Source of the DNA: Felis catus
Taxonomy: Eukaryota
NCBI RefSeq assembly: GCF_018350175.1
Contig: NC_058368.1
Span: 98,830,001 to 98,894,000 of the forward strand
Length of the DNA stretch: 64,000 nt
Direction: 5' to 3'
Position 1 is the first letter of the stretch; each line of letters starts with the position of its first letter. Below the pieces are notes generated by a model that was given only the letters and a program-made list of their open reading frames with translations, did not search any database and was not told the origin of the DNA. The translations under genes and the position numbers were made by a program. Of this stretch, positions 35,880 through 49,985 are shown one piece after another.

Positions 35880-36096
35880 ATTTTTTAGTTTATTTGTTGT
35901 GCAAGAAAGAGAGAGAGAGAGAGAGAGAGAGCTAGTGGAGGAGAGGTAGAGAAAAAGGGAGAGAGAGAATCTGAAGCAGGCTCCACACTGCCAGCACAGA
36001 ACCTGACATGGGGCTCAAACCCACAAACTGTGAAATTATGACCTGAGCTGAAATCAAGAGTGAGACACTTAACTGACTGAGCCACTCAGGCATCCC
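35880..36096 (-). mobile_element. CanSINE
   Basis: Full reverse copy. Confidence 0.93.
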
Positions 36097-37111
36097 TGGA
36101 GAGTTTATGATTTCAGGTTGAGGGGAGAAAATGAAGATAGTACAGCTGAGAAGACCCGAAGACAAATATTACTTCCGTGTGATTATGCTTGACAGATTGT
36201 GAAAGGTATCTTTCAAAATTATTTTTCATCACTTCAGTCATGTTATCATTTAGATTTTCAAATAACTTACCATTATACTTTTTCTTGGACTATATATATC
36301 AACAAGTAAGGTAAATTGAAAGCTTTCTTATAGGGGTCGACTTTGTTATTTCAGACCTGGTGAATTTGATTGACCGGAGTCATGATGACAGTAATGATAG
36401 ATGATCATGATGTTGATGTGATGGCACTGCTAGTCTGACTGTACGTGACGTCAGATGAGTTGTAGAAACTTTTTGTCCTGGATTTTGAATTGGTACACTG
36501 AACATCATTAAGCCTTATGCAGTAAATTAACTCCATTAACGAAATTGTCAATTATGTGTCATATGAATACCAGAAAATTTGTTGCTTGTTTCGTTTTTCT
36601 GTTAAAGTTATCATAAAAGGAGAAAGGGTAGATACGATGACATTTTGAATATGTAGCTGATGGGAATAGTTCTTACGCTCATTAAATGCAAGTGCAAGTA
36701 GTATTATGATTTGAGACGTATTATGCAACAATAGCCAAAAAAGCCAATTACTGTCTTATGCGATGCATCTTCTCAGTTCCAGGTGAGGCTAGGAAAACAG
36801 CATGACAGTTCGAAGAGAAGAAATTTACATAGTTTCAATTAATCACACAGCTTCAGTAAGTTGGTTTAAAAAACTATTTTATCTTTATCTTCCATGTGAA
36901 TTTATGTTAGGTGAGGATCACCTACCCACTTTCTAATTGATTTGAAATCCTTAGAAACTATATACAATTCATGCACAATGAAGTATTGATCAAGTCTGAT
37001 ATTGATTTGGAAGAAGTCATGGCATAGGAAACTGTGGTGACTAAAATGTAAAGAACTCTATACAGAGCCTTGTATTTGGTTGAGGGGATATGGGCCCCAA
37101 AGGAATATTTA

Positions 37112-37355
37112 TTTATTTACCTCCTTCCTTATTGATCTTTTAAATGTTTATTTTTTGAAAGGTAGAGAGTAGGGACAGAAAGAGGCAAAGAGTGAGCTGG
37201 AGAGAGGCTGAGAGAGAGGAGACAGGAGATCCAAAGAGGGCTCTGCACTGACAGCAGAGAGCCTGATGTGGGGCCCAAACCCATGAACTGTGAGATCATG
37301 ACCTGAGCCGAAACCAAAAGTCAGACTCTTAACTGACTGAGCCACCCAGTACCCC
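37112..37355 (-). mobile_element. CanSINE
   Basis: TSD aaaggaatattta at 37099 and 37357. Confidence 0.94.
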
Positions 37356-37949
37356 AAAAGGAATATTTACTATATATTATTGGTATTTCATTTTGCCATA
37401 TGGGGGTGAGAATAAAGTAGAGATTTATAGCTATAAGATGACTACTCTTGCCTCTATCTCCGCATCTGTGAACTGGGGCCTCTATCTCTATGAATGTGTG
37501 ACATCAGAGTCAGGACATGAACCCTAGCTTTATCTCCTTGTTTTTCATTTCCCTCTTCTCTCTCTGTTGTATTTGCACCATTCTTCCTTTTCTTTTCTTC
37601 ACCTTTATTCTGCCATTTTCTTAGCCCAAATTAGCAAATTTCCTTTTGATCTTTTACCATCTTCTTTATCTCTTCCAAATGAAAAGGCATTAAATTCTTC
37701 CAAGCCTCTCAGATGCTTTGATTCATGAATCAATACATGAATCATGTAGTCCTCACATTCAGATAATAGCAATGTTTCTAATATCATATAACTATCTCAT
37801 TGTGCCTGGTTTTATCAATTTCTAGGAGAAACAGTATTTGGTGGGAAGGAAGGAAATCCGCTCTCATTTCTCTTTTTGACTTTTTGATCAAGAGTTAGTA
37901 AATAATAGGCATTTGAAGAATAAGAAATGAGGTTCCTGAATAATTGATT

Positions 37950-37956
37950 CCATCTC

Positions 37957-38020
<64 letters not shown>

Positions 38021-38027
38021 AACCATC

Positions 38028-38093
<66 letters not shown>

Positions 38094-38095
38094 AA
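37950..38095 (+). repeat. two tandem 73-bp units of a compound (CT)n(CA)n microsatellite
   Basis: ccat(CT)6CC(CT)11(CA)14ctgaa followed by ccat(CT)5CC(CT)10(CA)16ctgaa. Confidence 0.93.
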
Positions 38096-38495
38096 CATAG
38101 TGGCTGACACAGTATTTTCCATATCAATCAGCTATAAAGTTGTACTAAAAATAACATTTAAAGAAATGTTTAATATGTACAATCTGGTTATATCATGGGG
38201 CATACAGTTTCAGATTCTACAGAAAACACATTTGAATTGTCACTTTTTTTTTTTTTTGCAACACTATCCTTCCTTGTACTTCACCCTTCAGAAGAGTTTT
38301 TACTGAGGAACATAATAATCTCAGGACACAGAATCTAAACCTAATCTGTAATTTTGAATGTTCTACTGAAGGTAGGGCTCAGGGTAAATTATTAGATGGC
38401 AGTGCCTACCACTGAGCTCAGTACCTGGCAGGTTGTAAGCCCTCAAGTTTTGTTGATGCTGTAAGTCACCTCAGAGCAATTTGATTTGTGCTGTG

Positions 38496-38510
38496 TTCTT
38501 TCTTTCTTTC

Positions 38511-38550
<40 letters not shown>

Positions 38551-38699
38551 ATGTTGATTAATTTTTGAGGGACACAGAGAATGTGAGCATGGGAGGGACA
38601 GGGAGACACACAATTGACACAGGGCTCGAACCCACAAACGCGAGATCATGACCTGAGCCAGAGTCAGATGCTTAACCGACTGAACCACCCAGGCGTCCC
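38496..38699 (-). mobile_element. internally deleted CanSINE with a (TTTC)n tail
   Basis: Lacks the middle gaagcaggctcc...gtcagc segment; ends cccaggcgtccc. Confidence 0.88.
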
Positions 38700-38961
38700 T
38701 GAAATCTGCTTTTATGGAACATAATATTGGAATAATTTCTATGCCTCTGATAAGTAATTCTACACAGGGGTAGATGGAGTAAACCCTTGTATTCTTTATG
38801 AGAAGTAGTTATCTTTAGTAAATTAATAATGTAAACAAGCTTTAAAGAGGTTAATCACAAAAGAAACAGTTACTTGAAACTCGTTAATTTCTCTGTGCTT
38901 TTTATTTCCATAGTTTTTCAGGTTATATGATTCTTCATTTAATTTTCCCCTCTGCTGTATA

Positions 38962-39277
38962 TAGCTGAACCTTGGACATCATGGGTTTAATGTGCACAGA
39001 TCCATTTCTACATGCTTTATATTTTTTGAGAAACACAGTGCAATACTGCAAATGCATTTTTCTTAGTATTTTCTTAATAACACTTTCTTTTCGCTACTTT
39101 ATTTTCAGAATACAGTATACAATACATAAAAGAAACAAAATATGTGTTAACTGAATGCTATGTTATCAGTAGGCTATCTTGTCAACAGCAGGCTTTTAGT
39201 AGTTAAGTTTTTGGAGTGTCAAAGTTCTATACAGGTTTTCAATCGCCCTTCACTGTGGTATTGTCAAGGGTTAACTC
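38962..39277 (+). mobile_element. Tigger2a-like MITE
   Basis: TA|tagctgaaccttggacatcatggg ... gtcaagggttaactc|TA; same internal layout as 4256-4537. Confidence 0.75.
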
Positions 39278-39639
39278 TACGTTTATCTGGCTAGAACTTT
39301 GTCTTTTTATTAAGTTGTCGTTTGTAAATGTTCAAAATAGTCTCTTTTTCAAAGTGGAATTATTTCAAGCTATTAATTTTACTGTTTCTTTGAGAGTGTA
39401 CATTGATGATATTAATTCATTCATTGATTTTTACATCTTTTTTGAGTGTAAAATAAGATAATTGGGAAATATATAAAAGTGTGATATAAAGAAGGGCAGG
39501 AGCTGAGTTCCTGCTAAGATCATGACTATAGGATGAATGTCACTATTGGCTTCAAGATGGTGAGCTCCTTGACTGTTGCAGTGTTGCACTTGGAGTGCAA
39601 GTGATTTGTGTTTTTGTTTGTTTGTTTGTTTTGTTTTAT

Positions 39640-40260
39640 TTCCAAGACTTATCCCAGAATCTGGCACATACTAGGTCTTCAGTAAATATTTGTTGGATAA
39701 TGATAATGACAATGACAATAATAATAAAAGGAATGGCCCAAAAGCAGGGGTAAATGCCATTTAAATAGCTGGTCAGTCAAAGCAGAATGAACAAAGCAGC
39801 CATAATGTTCAGAAACCTCCAGCATGTTGATGTGGCTGAAAGGGGGCGGGGGAGGGAGTTGGGCAGGAAGTACTAAGAGAGAGAAGCAAGAGAATTGAGT
39901 GGCACCAGACCATGAGGTCTCTTGGTACCAATGGGAAGAGCTAAGATTGTATTCCATAGGTAAGTGCAGACTTACTGGCAGGACATAATAGAATCACGAT
40001 TTAATTTGGGGGGTAAAAAAAAAATCAGTCTCCTGGTAAGGTAAATGATGAAAAAAGGATGTAAGTGGAAGGAGGAGTCAGATATAAAAGGTATACCAAC
40101 ATGGTAGAAACTATAGGATTTCCAATGCATTATATACTTGGGTTAAGGAAACGAAGCCGACTTTGCAGCACCCAATACTCTGATTTAGGACCTGATATGA
40201 AAGGCCATTCATTGCCCTGGCATCAGAGCAGGAAGATCAGAGTCTGTGGATAGGAAATAA
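39640..40260. mobile_element. L2 fragments
   Basis: tctggcacatactaggtcttcagtaaatatttgttgga and purine-rich L2-like sequence. Confidence 0.55.
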
Positions 40261-41361
40261 CATTAGCCTTTATTGTTTGAATGGTTACTTGTGTGTCTGG
40301 CCAACCAAATTTAACCAAGTAAGAAATGGACTGTGTATGATATCACCCTGCCATCATTTCCTCTGGCATTATGGCTTACACCTATAGTTCTTCATTAAAT
40401 ATTTGTTTAGGATTTTACGTACCAGCACATTTTATTAGATGTGCATTAGAAGCTTGAGGAAAGGAGAAAAAACTGTGTGACTGAAGTGGTATATAATTTC
40501 CTCTCAGTTTTCTCTGGGAGTAAACAGATGATTACAGCCAAGAGTCTGAGCAGAGAGAAATAAATGGAGTTAAGTGTTATCTTTGCCATATTGTCTGTGA
40601 AACAAGATGATACAAAATCCCCAAGTTCACTCAAGGGTTTATGGCACCAACAGATGGAAAAATCTTGAAAAAAAATGAATTAAGACATGTTGCATTAATT
40701 ATAATAGAAATCAAAACCCCAGTGCAGTGTTTTAAACTTTTCAAAGTATTAAAAAAAATCAAATAATTTTATTTTGTTAAAGAGGTTGATTTTTATCAGC
40801 AACCTCTTTGGAAACATCACTTGATTCCCTAGGCTTGTCTAAAATCATATAATGAGCATTTAGTTGCAGTTTTTCTGACTGGTTTATTAAATAAGTCCCT
40901 TGTACTCATGCCAAATATCTCCCTTCTGGGAAATTTGTCTTGACGTCTAGGTTATTTCTCCACACTCATGTTGTTATTGTGCTCTATTTCACAAAGCTGT
41001 GAAATGAAAACAGAGAATCGGGAAGTTAAAATGGCCACTATTATGCTTTTTTAATGTCATCGTGTAGCTAATGCATAGATATAACAACTCTTGTACCAAA
41101 AAGCACTGTATTCTTCCATCATGCAATTGAGGGAAATATATACTAACCTGAAATTTTATGAGATACACAAAATCCTGGACATTTAGTTGCCTGAGAACTC
41201 CCAGCACTTTCTCAGCCTTCAACAAACTTGAACCAGAGAAGTTTACAGCCTGACCTCCGTATCAGGCAATATGCACGCCCTAGAGAAAGCAAAACAAATT
41301 ATTATGTGGTTGCATGGTTGCTGCCCTTCAGAGGCTATGTTTAAAAAGTATTTTAATATTT

Positions 41362-41492
41362 GGGGCACCTGGTTGGCTCAGTCTAGCGTTTGACTCTTGA
41401 TTGGCTCAAGTCTCGATCTCACCGTTTGTGAGTTCAACGTCTGTGTTGAGCTCTGTGCTGACAGTATGGAGCCTGCTTGGTATTCTCTCTCA

Positions 41493-41524
<32 letters not shown>

Positions 41525-41582
41525 GCTCCTCCCCCCATGCTCATGCTCTCTCTCCCTCTCTCAAAATAAACATTAAAAATTT
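41362..41582 (+). mobile_element. CanSINE
   Basis: TSD at(t/c)ttaatattt. Confidence 0.93.
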
Positions 41583-41677
41583 ATCTTAATATTTAAAACT
41601 TAATTACATTTCAAAATTGTCAATATTTTTTTAAAGCTGGGGATTTATACATTCACTTTAAAATTTACATTAATTGA

Positions 41678-41885
41678 GGGGCGCCTGGGTGGCTCAGTTG
41701 GTTAAGTGTCCAACTTTGGCTCAGGTCATGATATCACGGTTCATGAGTTATAAGCCCCACATCGGTGTCCATGCTGTTAGCTCAGAGCCTGGAGCCTACT
41801 TCAAATTCTGCATCTCCCTCTCTGCCCCTTCCCTGACCACATTCTGTCTCTCTCTCTCTCAAAAATAAATAAGCATTAAAAAAAT
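41678..41885 (+). mobile_element. CanSINE
   Basis: TSD taaaattta(c/t)attaattga at 41659 and 41886. Confidence 0.95.
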
Positions 41886-43034
41886 TAAAATTTATATTAA
41901 TTGAGAGTTCACCCTCTGGTAAAAGAAAACACATTTGTCATATTTTTATTAATATTTTTCAGTATCAATTTATTTGATATCACCATTAATTTTATACATC
42001 TAAATATAGGTCTAGATACACATATAGAGGTTATCTTTCTTCATTGATCTGTGTGGGTTTGGTAAGTGACTTTTGCACCTTCAAGAGGAAATGTTCCTTT
42101 TTTATTTTCCCCTGTGATCAGACTTGTGTCTTGCTGGCAGAAAGTTATACGGAATAAGTTTATAATCAGAAATATCTCAAGACGCAAGCTGAAGCAAACT
42201 CTAGCCCCAGCCCCCCCATCAGTCTTCTGGGAGCACACAGGAATGCTCCCATGCACCCATCACCTGCAGCCTGGATGGCAAAAGTACCTTCTGTCCAGAC
42301 TGTGGAATTCTCAAGCTGCCGTGATCACCTTCTCCCACTGGACTGTGATCTCCTTCATGGCAGGAATTATTTTCACTCTTCTGAATGTTCAAGGTCTTAA
42401 CACAATGGGCAAAACTGGTGTTCAGTTATTTATTTCTAGAATGGAGGCATGACTGGATACTACAGTAAATAGGCAGAGGAGCTCCTGTCATCCAAGGAAG
42501 GGATTCAACTAACTCCGCCTGTAGGGTATCCGTCCTGCAGCCTCTTGGAGAGTCCGAAGTTAGGGATGCCATCTAGTAATCCAACATTCTGGATTGTCTT
42601 GGGAAGGAGGGGTGGTTTATTATGCTAAACACATGTCCTTGTACTTGGTACTAAATTTATTCATTCCATGGAATTAAAAGTGTTTTTAGTCAGTGCAGTA
42701 TTGAAGACAGTGTATAAGAAAATGCCACGGGCTTCCCATGATCTTGGTAGTTCTGATAATGCTTTGAATATAAAACATAAGGGAAGTTGAGATACAAATA
42801 GTTCTTTTTTGTCAAACAAAAGAAAGTCGGAACAAAGAGTTATCTCCTTCAGATTCGGAGAGCAGTAGTAATTATCTGTGGGTGTCAAGAAATCACAGTT
42901 GCATTTTTCCTTTGAAAGCCTTATGTGGTGGCACAGCTGGAGGTGAACAATGAGGCCTTAGCTATTTAAAGGTCATGGGATGGGGGGCAGTCACGTGTGC
43001 ACAATGTTCCTTAATACTCGAAAATTTGTGGATT

Positions 43035-43244
43035 TTTTTTAAGTTTGTTCATTTTGAGAGAGACAAAGATAGCACAACTTGGAGAGGAAGCAGAGAGAGG
43101 GAGAGGGAGAGAATCCCAAGCAGGCTCTGCACTGCCAGCACAGAGCCCGGTGCAGGGTTCTGAGAACCCATGAAGCCCTGAGATCGTGACCTGAGCCGAA
43201 ACTAAGAGTCGGATGCTTAACTGACTGAGCCACCCAGGTGACCC
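43035..43244 (-). mobile_element. CanSINE
   Basis: Approximate TSD t(g/a)tggat.ttttt. Confidence 0.94.
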
Positions 43245-43829
43245 ATATGGATATTTTTTTTTAAAAAAGGTATATAAAAATTATGTAAGCTAACAATTAT
43301 AAAGTGCTCAGAACCAGAATCGTACCATTTTCTCTTGACTCTTGGCAAGTAGAAATGGCATGCCAAGGGAACTCAGGCCTCTGTCATTATCATGAGTTCT
43401 TACTGTGTTGCTTGTATTCCTTAACCATTCTCATTTTAGTATCTTTAACATTTTACAGTATAGTATGTTTTAATAGTTAATAATGGCTTGGACAGGATAG
43501 AAAGTATGGGAGCCCTTGGTGTTGGTTTTAGTCTTTGGGAGGAGGGTAATGGAGAGGTCGTATCTGTTGCCCTTCCTGACTGACATATCCGCTCTGCAGG
43601 ACAGAAACTATCTGTGCCAAGTTCCCATACAGCAGAGCTAAATCCAGGGCTCTACATAGTCCGAGGGCTCCTTTGAGAATGTCCATGACAAGCTACCTAG
43701 TCCTCCTGCCCACCTGTGCAGGAACTTTACCACCATGGTTTATAGGAGAGCAGCAAAATGTCCTTTCCATTTTCCACATTTGTCCCTAGATTGTTCCTGT
43801 CAGTTAGGACAGCAGCTAATCAACCCACT

Positions 43830-44230
43830 AAAAGCCCTCTTTGGTCCCAGAACACCAGTGAAATTTCTCTTAGTCAAGATCACCAGTGGCATCTTTATCG
43901 TTATATGATCAATGTCCTATCTTGAAATTGACTCCTTCCTTGATTTCTAAAATGTCACCCACCATTCTTTAACTTGAGTCCTTTCTTTCTTCACTTTGCT
44001 TTCTTCTTGCCAAATATATCTGCAACTCCAAGATTCTCCACTTGCCCCCTATGCCATACACTGAGGACTTCAAAACTGGTGTCTTCAGAAGAATGCTGTC
44101 TTCAAAGCTCCACATCTCTGTTCACCTTCCTACCATATAACTGCATCTGGGTATCCTGCAGGCAACGCAAAATCCCAATGTGTCTAAGAAAGGAATTCAG
44201 TCTCCTCTCCACAAACCTGTACTGTTCCTC
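43830..44230 (+). mobile_element. L2 fragment
   Basis: ccagtgaaatttctcttagtcaagatcaccagtggc...ctcaaaatcccaatgtgtctaa-like phrases. Confidence 0.5.
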
Positions 44231-44276
44231 TTCTTTGTTAGCTGTCATTCATACCACCTTGTAGACACCCTTTGTA

Positions 44277-44306
44277 CTCTTTTTAAAAAACATTTTAATG
44301 TTTATT

Positions 44307-44345
<39 letters not shown>

Positions 44346-44490
44346 GGGCAGAGGGAAAGGGAGGCACAGAATCCAAAGCAGGCTTCAGGCTCTGAGTTGT
44401 CAGCACAGAGCCCAACACAGAGCTTGAACTCACAAACTGTGAGATCATGACCTGAACCAAAGTCTAACTGACTGAGCCATCCAGTCACCC
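44277..44490 (-). mobile_element. CanSINE
   Basis: TSD ttg(t/c)agacaccctttgta at 44259 and 44491. Confidence 0.95.
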
Positions 44491-45264
44491 TTGCAGACAC
44501 CCTTTGTAACAAGATGGGAGAGTATCGCTTAAGTGCTTCAAATAGTTTATCTGTAAAACGAGAACAATGTTTGCCTTGCAGAATCGCTGTGAAGATAGGT
44601 AGTCGACTTGACAAATGCTGTTGTTTTAAAAATATTTATTGCTCTATGTTTAATGGATTCAGATTAAATGAAGATTTTATAGAGACAAATAATTGAATAA
44701 GTTGACTAGTAGTCTCTTCTATAAGTTTATTTTTAGAACCATTAAGAAAACTTGTAAATACGTAAAATGCAGGAAGTCTCTGATTAAAGATTAGACTAAA
44801 AGGTAAGAATAATACCAAAAAAAAAAAAAACCTCTAGAAACTATCTAAATGTCCTAAAACAAGTTTAAGTAAACTATAGAATATCATTTCAGTGGACTAT
44901 TAGGCATATATTAAATATGGTAGAAATACGCTTATAATTTAAAATCACATGAAGAAATTATGGTATAAAAGTACACATATTGTTTGGTCAAATTATGCAT
45001 AAAAAGAGCATTGCATAAAAAATAAATTTCAAAATGCATATTGTAACTATATATGATAGCTGAGCTAACTTTTAAAAGTCTTTTTATTGTTCCTCACTTT
45101 TATAATTTAGAAAATCAAATCAAACTGCTAAAGCAGCAGTCTCTGATCTAGAAACGAAATAAGTATAAATATTTAAACAGGTTACAATATTTTGAGATAG
45201 TAACAGTGAAAATCTTATTTTTTTTCAAAATGACTTTTTTACCCAGTTGCCTAGAAACATTTTC

Positions 45265-45345
45265 ATATATATATATGTATATATATATATACACATTCAT
45301 ATATATATACACATACATACATACATATATACATATATATATATA
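45265..45345. repeat. (TA)n/(CATA)n low-complexity repeat
   Basis: Read directly. Confidence 0.9.
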
Positions 45346-46269
45346 AACACAAAAACAGCAAATGAGTTTTCCTCTATTGTCCTACAAAGAGGCAGTTTTT
45401 AAGTTATTACATTTTAATGAAACAATTAGGAAGTGATCTTAGAGGATAGTTTTCCAGTGATGGCAAACCATACCTGTCGGATTATACTAAATTCCCAGAT
45501 GGCCTCCCTCTTTAAACAGTAAACAAAAGGGGATAGTTTGGAATCAGCTGTGATCTTGAGCTTTTCTGGTTTTGTTTACTCTTGGGAATTCATGTTGGCA
45601 GGTTCATGAAGAGCATGTATTCAGACTCTACAGGGAAACACTTTATCTGTCTGTCAAACTGAATGGAGTATTTCTCCACATCTGGGCAAAGTAACCTATC
45701 CATATGCTCAAATACCTCGTGTTAACATGTTTATTTATTCTCACCAAATTGTTACCACAACCGTATATTACTATTGAATCATTTTTTAGTGATTATGTTT
45801 GGAGCCCACATGTATTTGATGGTCTTTACTGCAAAGTTATAAACATTTTCAGAATGAATAACCCAAGCTTTAATATGGTGCTTATATAGCCAAGAATGCC
45901 TTGACTACCAGGTGTTCAGTGCATTTATGCTTTTCCTCTACCTCCTCAAAGTCATTTCATTTTAACAGATGCTGCGGGAGACCGTTCTCTCCTATGGCTC
46001 GAATCGGTGGGGCTCCAAGAGCATATTTTGCAGATGCACTGCTCATGATTAAATCCTTTTGAATTCTAAATTGCCACAGTGTAAAGCTTCCTCTAAGTTT
46101 CTAGACTATGGAGAAATCCACCTAGGACTGGGAGATTTGAACATGTAAATTGACTTTGGGCAAGGATGCACCCTTTCGTTTGCTGGTATAGCATCAGAAA
46201 ACAAATGTTATCATGAACATAAATGGTTTCCGAAATGAGATATTTGTGGATTTGTGTTTAGATTTTGAC

Positions 46270-46430
46270 ACACTCTGGCTATGTGGCTACGTTAGGTAAA
46301 TTGGTATATCTCTCTGAGCCCTTGTCTCCCCATCTTCCAAAGTGGCAGAATAACATTTATTTCTTAACATAATTTTGATAATTAAAATGAGCAGACACAT
46401 GAAGACATTTAGCACTGTGTACGACAATTT
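46270..46430 (+). mobile_element. MIR fragment
   Basis: ggctatgtggctacgttaggtaaatt...tctctgagcccttgtctccccatct...aattaaaatgag...ttagcactgtg. Confidence 0.6.
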
Positions 46431-48344
46431 TAAGATCCTCCCTAATGTTTTTCTGTGTGTCTAGTACAAGGCTAATATGGCACCAGTAGGTGATTCAAGC
46501 AGTTCTCCATTCACTGGGTTTGCGTGTCTGTTTGCTTATTGTCTGTCTCCCCTCCGTAAAATTACGAGTTTCATGAGACCAAATATTTTGCTCAAACATT
46601 GATGTTTGACTGAATAAATAAATGAATGAAATGTCATCTGATTTAAGTCTTACAGCTGCTTAGTAAGTGGCTACATGATATGAGTGGAGAGCCTCAAGGG
46701 CATCCTTTGTGATGGGGTAGCATAAGCAAAGGCAGGAAATGAGAAACAGCATGGTTTCTGGAGAAACCGCCATGGGTTTCATATGCCTGGGTTGTGAACA
46801 GTAAGGTGGGGAGGAGCAATGTGTTATGGACCCTGCCAAGAAATGAACTTTATTCTGTAGTTCAGCGGCTTTCAGTATCTGCTGTGCTGACCCACATGAA
46901 TTCCTCAGAGTACCTCACAACTGGCAAGGAAGTGAAGAGGAACCCATGTGGACAGGCCTTTATCCTAGAAGATTCATTTTCCCCCCAAATCCCAGGATAG
47001 GGTACCAACCAGAACTGTTTTTATTTCTTTAACATATTTTGAGTAATATTTTTAGGGTTTTGAGTTACAGTTTATTTTTATGAATAATTCTACTACATTA
47101 TAATAGGTAGAAAAATACGATTTTAATGGCAACTCTGGAGTGTTTGATGCAGAGGAATGGTATGGAAACCTCTGTATTTTTGTTAGCTCATCATAGGAGC
47201 TCTCTGAAGGGTACATTTTCGGGCTTCTAAAGTAGGTATCATAGTGAGTCAGTACAATCATAGGTGGAAAACACCAGAGGCACCCATAGATTTTAGTACG
47301 AAGATATGGAACATTTAAGGTCCTACAAACTTGGAACAGCTTGTGGAATGTTCTGTGGTGGGTGTTCAACTAAAAGTTGGGTAGATGAATCCAAAGCTCA
47401 GGGAAACTTCTGGGCTGAATTTCAAATTTCATAGATGTGAGTGTGTTTTACATAAAGGCAAAATTACAAGAGTAACTAAAAATAACCAATAAGGTTCACT
47501 TAGAAGACAGCAGTGGACCACGGGTGGATCCTTGAAAGTAATTGCCTTTTCAGAGATCAGGGTAGGATAAAGAGCCCAGCAAGGAGGTACAGAAGTAATT
47601 GTTACTGACATACAAAGGAAACTATGACAGTTTCATCAACATCAATGGAAGCCAAGGGCATGTGGAGTTTAAGAAAAGATGACTGAGTGTGAAATGTTAA
47701 ATGTCTGGTGGATTTATCAAACAGGGAGTCAAAATTATAAATCATACATATGAGAAATAAAATTATTGTTTACCCTGAGATGTTTTTCTAGCGTTCCTAT
47801 ATCCTCTGAATTTGACTTTTCCTTATGCTTAGCAGAGAATCTTTTGTTCTTTTATTAGCTCCAGACTCATTCATTCCCTTACCCAGACTGAAAAGTGTAC
47901 ATATGGTGATCAGAATTAATCCTTTTCTCTTCTGTGAAGGGTGAATGTATCATTAAAACATAAATTATGCACCAGAACAAAGTAGCGTTAAGCGTGAGCC
48001 CTTTAGGCAAATGTTTAGAGCATGGTGTTTGGATTTCATAACATTGGTGGAAAAGTTGAGATAAAAGGCATACTTCATTATTCACCAGATCTGAGGAGTG
48101 AGCAAGAATTCCTTGTGCTTGGATCTGATAGAACGTTCCCCTTGAAAAGATAGAGACCTGTGTTGACATCAGACATTTGTATCTACGAATGTATAGTAGG
48201 TTAAAATGTGTTATATTTTCTGGGTCCATAGTGAAGAATTATGCAATCTATCAGCAATCTTCAGAAATGTTCTTCAGTCATACCAGAAGCTCTGAGAATA
48301 ATGATTTGGGCTGCCCATGTTATGGAGTTGGGGAGGATGCTGTT

Positions 48345-48480
48345 TCAGTGGTGTGTCTGATCTGGCTCACACCTACTCGTAGAAGCCGATGATTCACACA
48401 CACCTTTTCTCAGCTCCCCATCCAGTGATGTCATGTTGATAGCTTGAAATCAACCATTGTGGGAGTGTTTACCCCGTCGA
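48345..48480. mobile_element. MER63-like hAT fragment
   Basis: cagtggtgtg...ccagtgatgtcatgttgatagcttgaaatcaaccattgtgggagtgtttacccc, similar to 6535-6590. Confidence 0.6.
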
Positions 48481-49798
48481 AGTTGGCAAAGACCACACAT
48501 CTTACTTTTTCTTTTTTTCTTTTTTTTTTTCCTTTTTTTCTGGAGAGCTAGTTGTTACAATGTCACTGGTACTTCTCTGACAGTAGAGACAGGTCGATGT
48601 GATTGGCATTTATCTGCTCCTTTTATAGGGTTCTCTTCACGCTCTGCTGCACTGAAACACAGTTGCTCAATGCAAGTGTGTCCCTTCTTAATTCCAATGA
48701 GATGGAAATGAAAGCACATTATGCAGTGAGTAGGTAGACCCAATTCTGCAGAATGCCCACCCATTCATTACTGTACCATATTGATCTGTGCAGGCTCATA
48801 ATCACCTTTGATTTCATTGTTCCACTCAACTTGTTCTTTCCATTACAGAGTTTGTGCCAAATTTTTTGCCTGTATTACTAAAAATTATTGACATTTTTCT
48901 TGCAGTGGCTCGAGCAGGTCTGTAATCATGAACAGCATTGGACCTATGCTCAGCTTTGTAAGAAGTGATCTCCTCCAGTAGCTTTGTACACAACTGGGAA
49001 GCATCTATGACTTTCGTAGCGTAATGACTCCAAAACCTTTTGCATACAGATTACATAGTTTTCCCATAGTTTTCCTGCCTGGTAAAAGGGCTCTGACAAT
49101 GTGTTCTTTAGCTTGGGAAAAAAAAAAAATGAAGACATTACCAACTAAAATGTTTTTATTCTAGCTTGAATGTTAAAGTGTACTTATAAGTTACATGTAT
49201 TTCATGTCAACTTATATCATCCTTTAATTAAAATTGTAAGTGTGTGTAGCAGGGATAGATCCTATTAATCCACTGATAAAGTTGTCTGACTGATTTCCTT
49301 TCATCTTCCAATCTTTTCTTGATTTATTGAATTTCAAAATTATTTATACTTAAGACTCTTTGTGTGAATTCTAAGTAATGTGTTAGCTACTCAGTGACTT
49401 TACTCCTACATTTTGAATTCAAAGGATTTAATTTCCTTTTTCAGCCACCCCTGCCTCAGTTTCCCCTTTTATAAAAGTACTCTCCTTTAAATAATGTTAA
49501 GTGTTTGAGTCAAGAATCTTCTAAGCACATGTATACCGATTTTTAGAATACAAATTAAGGACTTAATTGGGAAAATTAGAATTAAAAAAAATTAGTTATT
49601 TGAGAAAATGAAGAATGTTTTCTCAAAGTAGCTTGGCAAATTTCTTGGCAATTCGTTTGTAACTAACTCATAGAAATCTCCAAATTTTAAATGTTAGAAG
49701 CTTCAGAAGATTATTCAGTGATAAGGCATGGGTTTATAACCTTCACTCTTCTCTCCCATCATCTCAAATCTACTAGTTGTTTAAGAATTTTGTGTTTT

Positions 49799-49985
49799 GG
49801 GGCATCTGAGTGGATCAGTCTGTTGAGTACCTGACTCTTGATTTCCACTCAGGTCATGATCCCAGGGTCATGAGATCATGTTTGGTTCCGTGCTGAGTGT
49901 GAGCCTGCTTGGGATTCTCTCCCTCTCCTCTTCTCCCCCTCTCTCCCACTCATGGTCTCTCGAATGAATGAATGAATGAATGAAT
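49799..49985 (+). mobile_element. CanSINE with a (GAAT)n tail
   Basis: TSD gaattttgtgttt at 49785 and 49986. Confidence 0.92.

Noticed and set aside
40779..40809. 10-bp inverted repeat aaagaggttg/caacctcttt
   Set aside because: Short stem with an 11-nt loop; expected occasionally in 64 kb.
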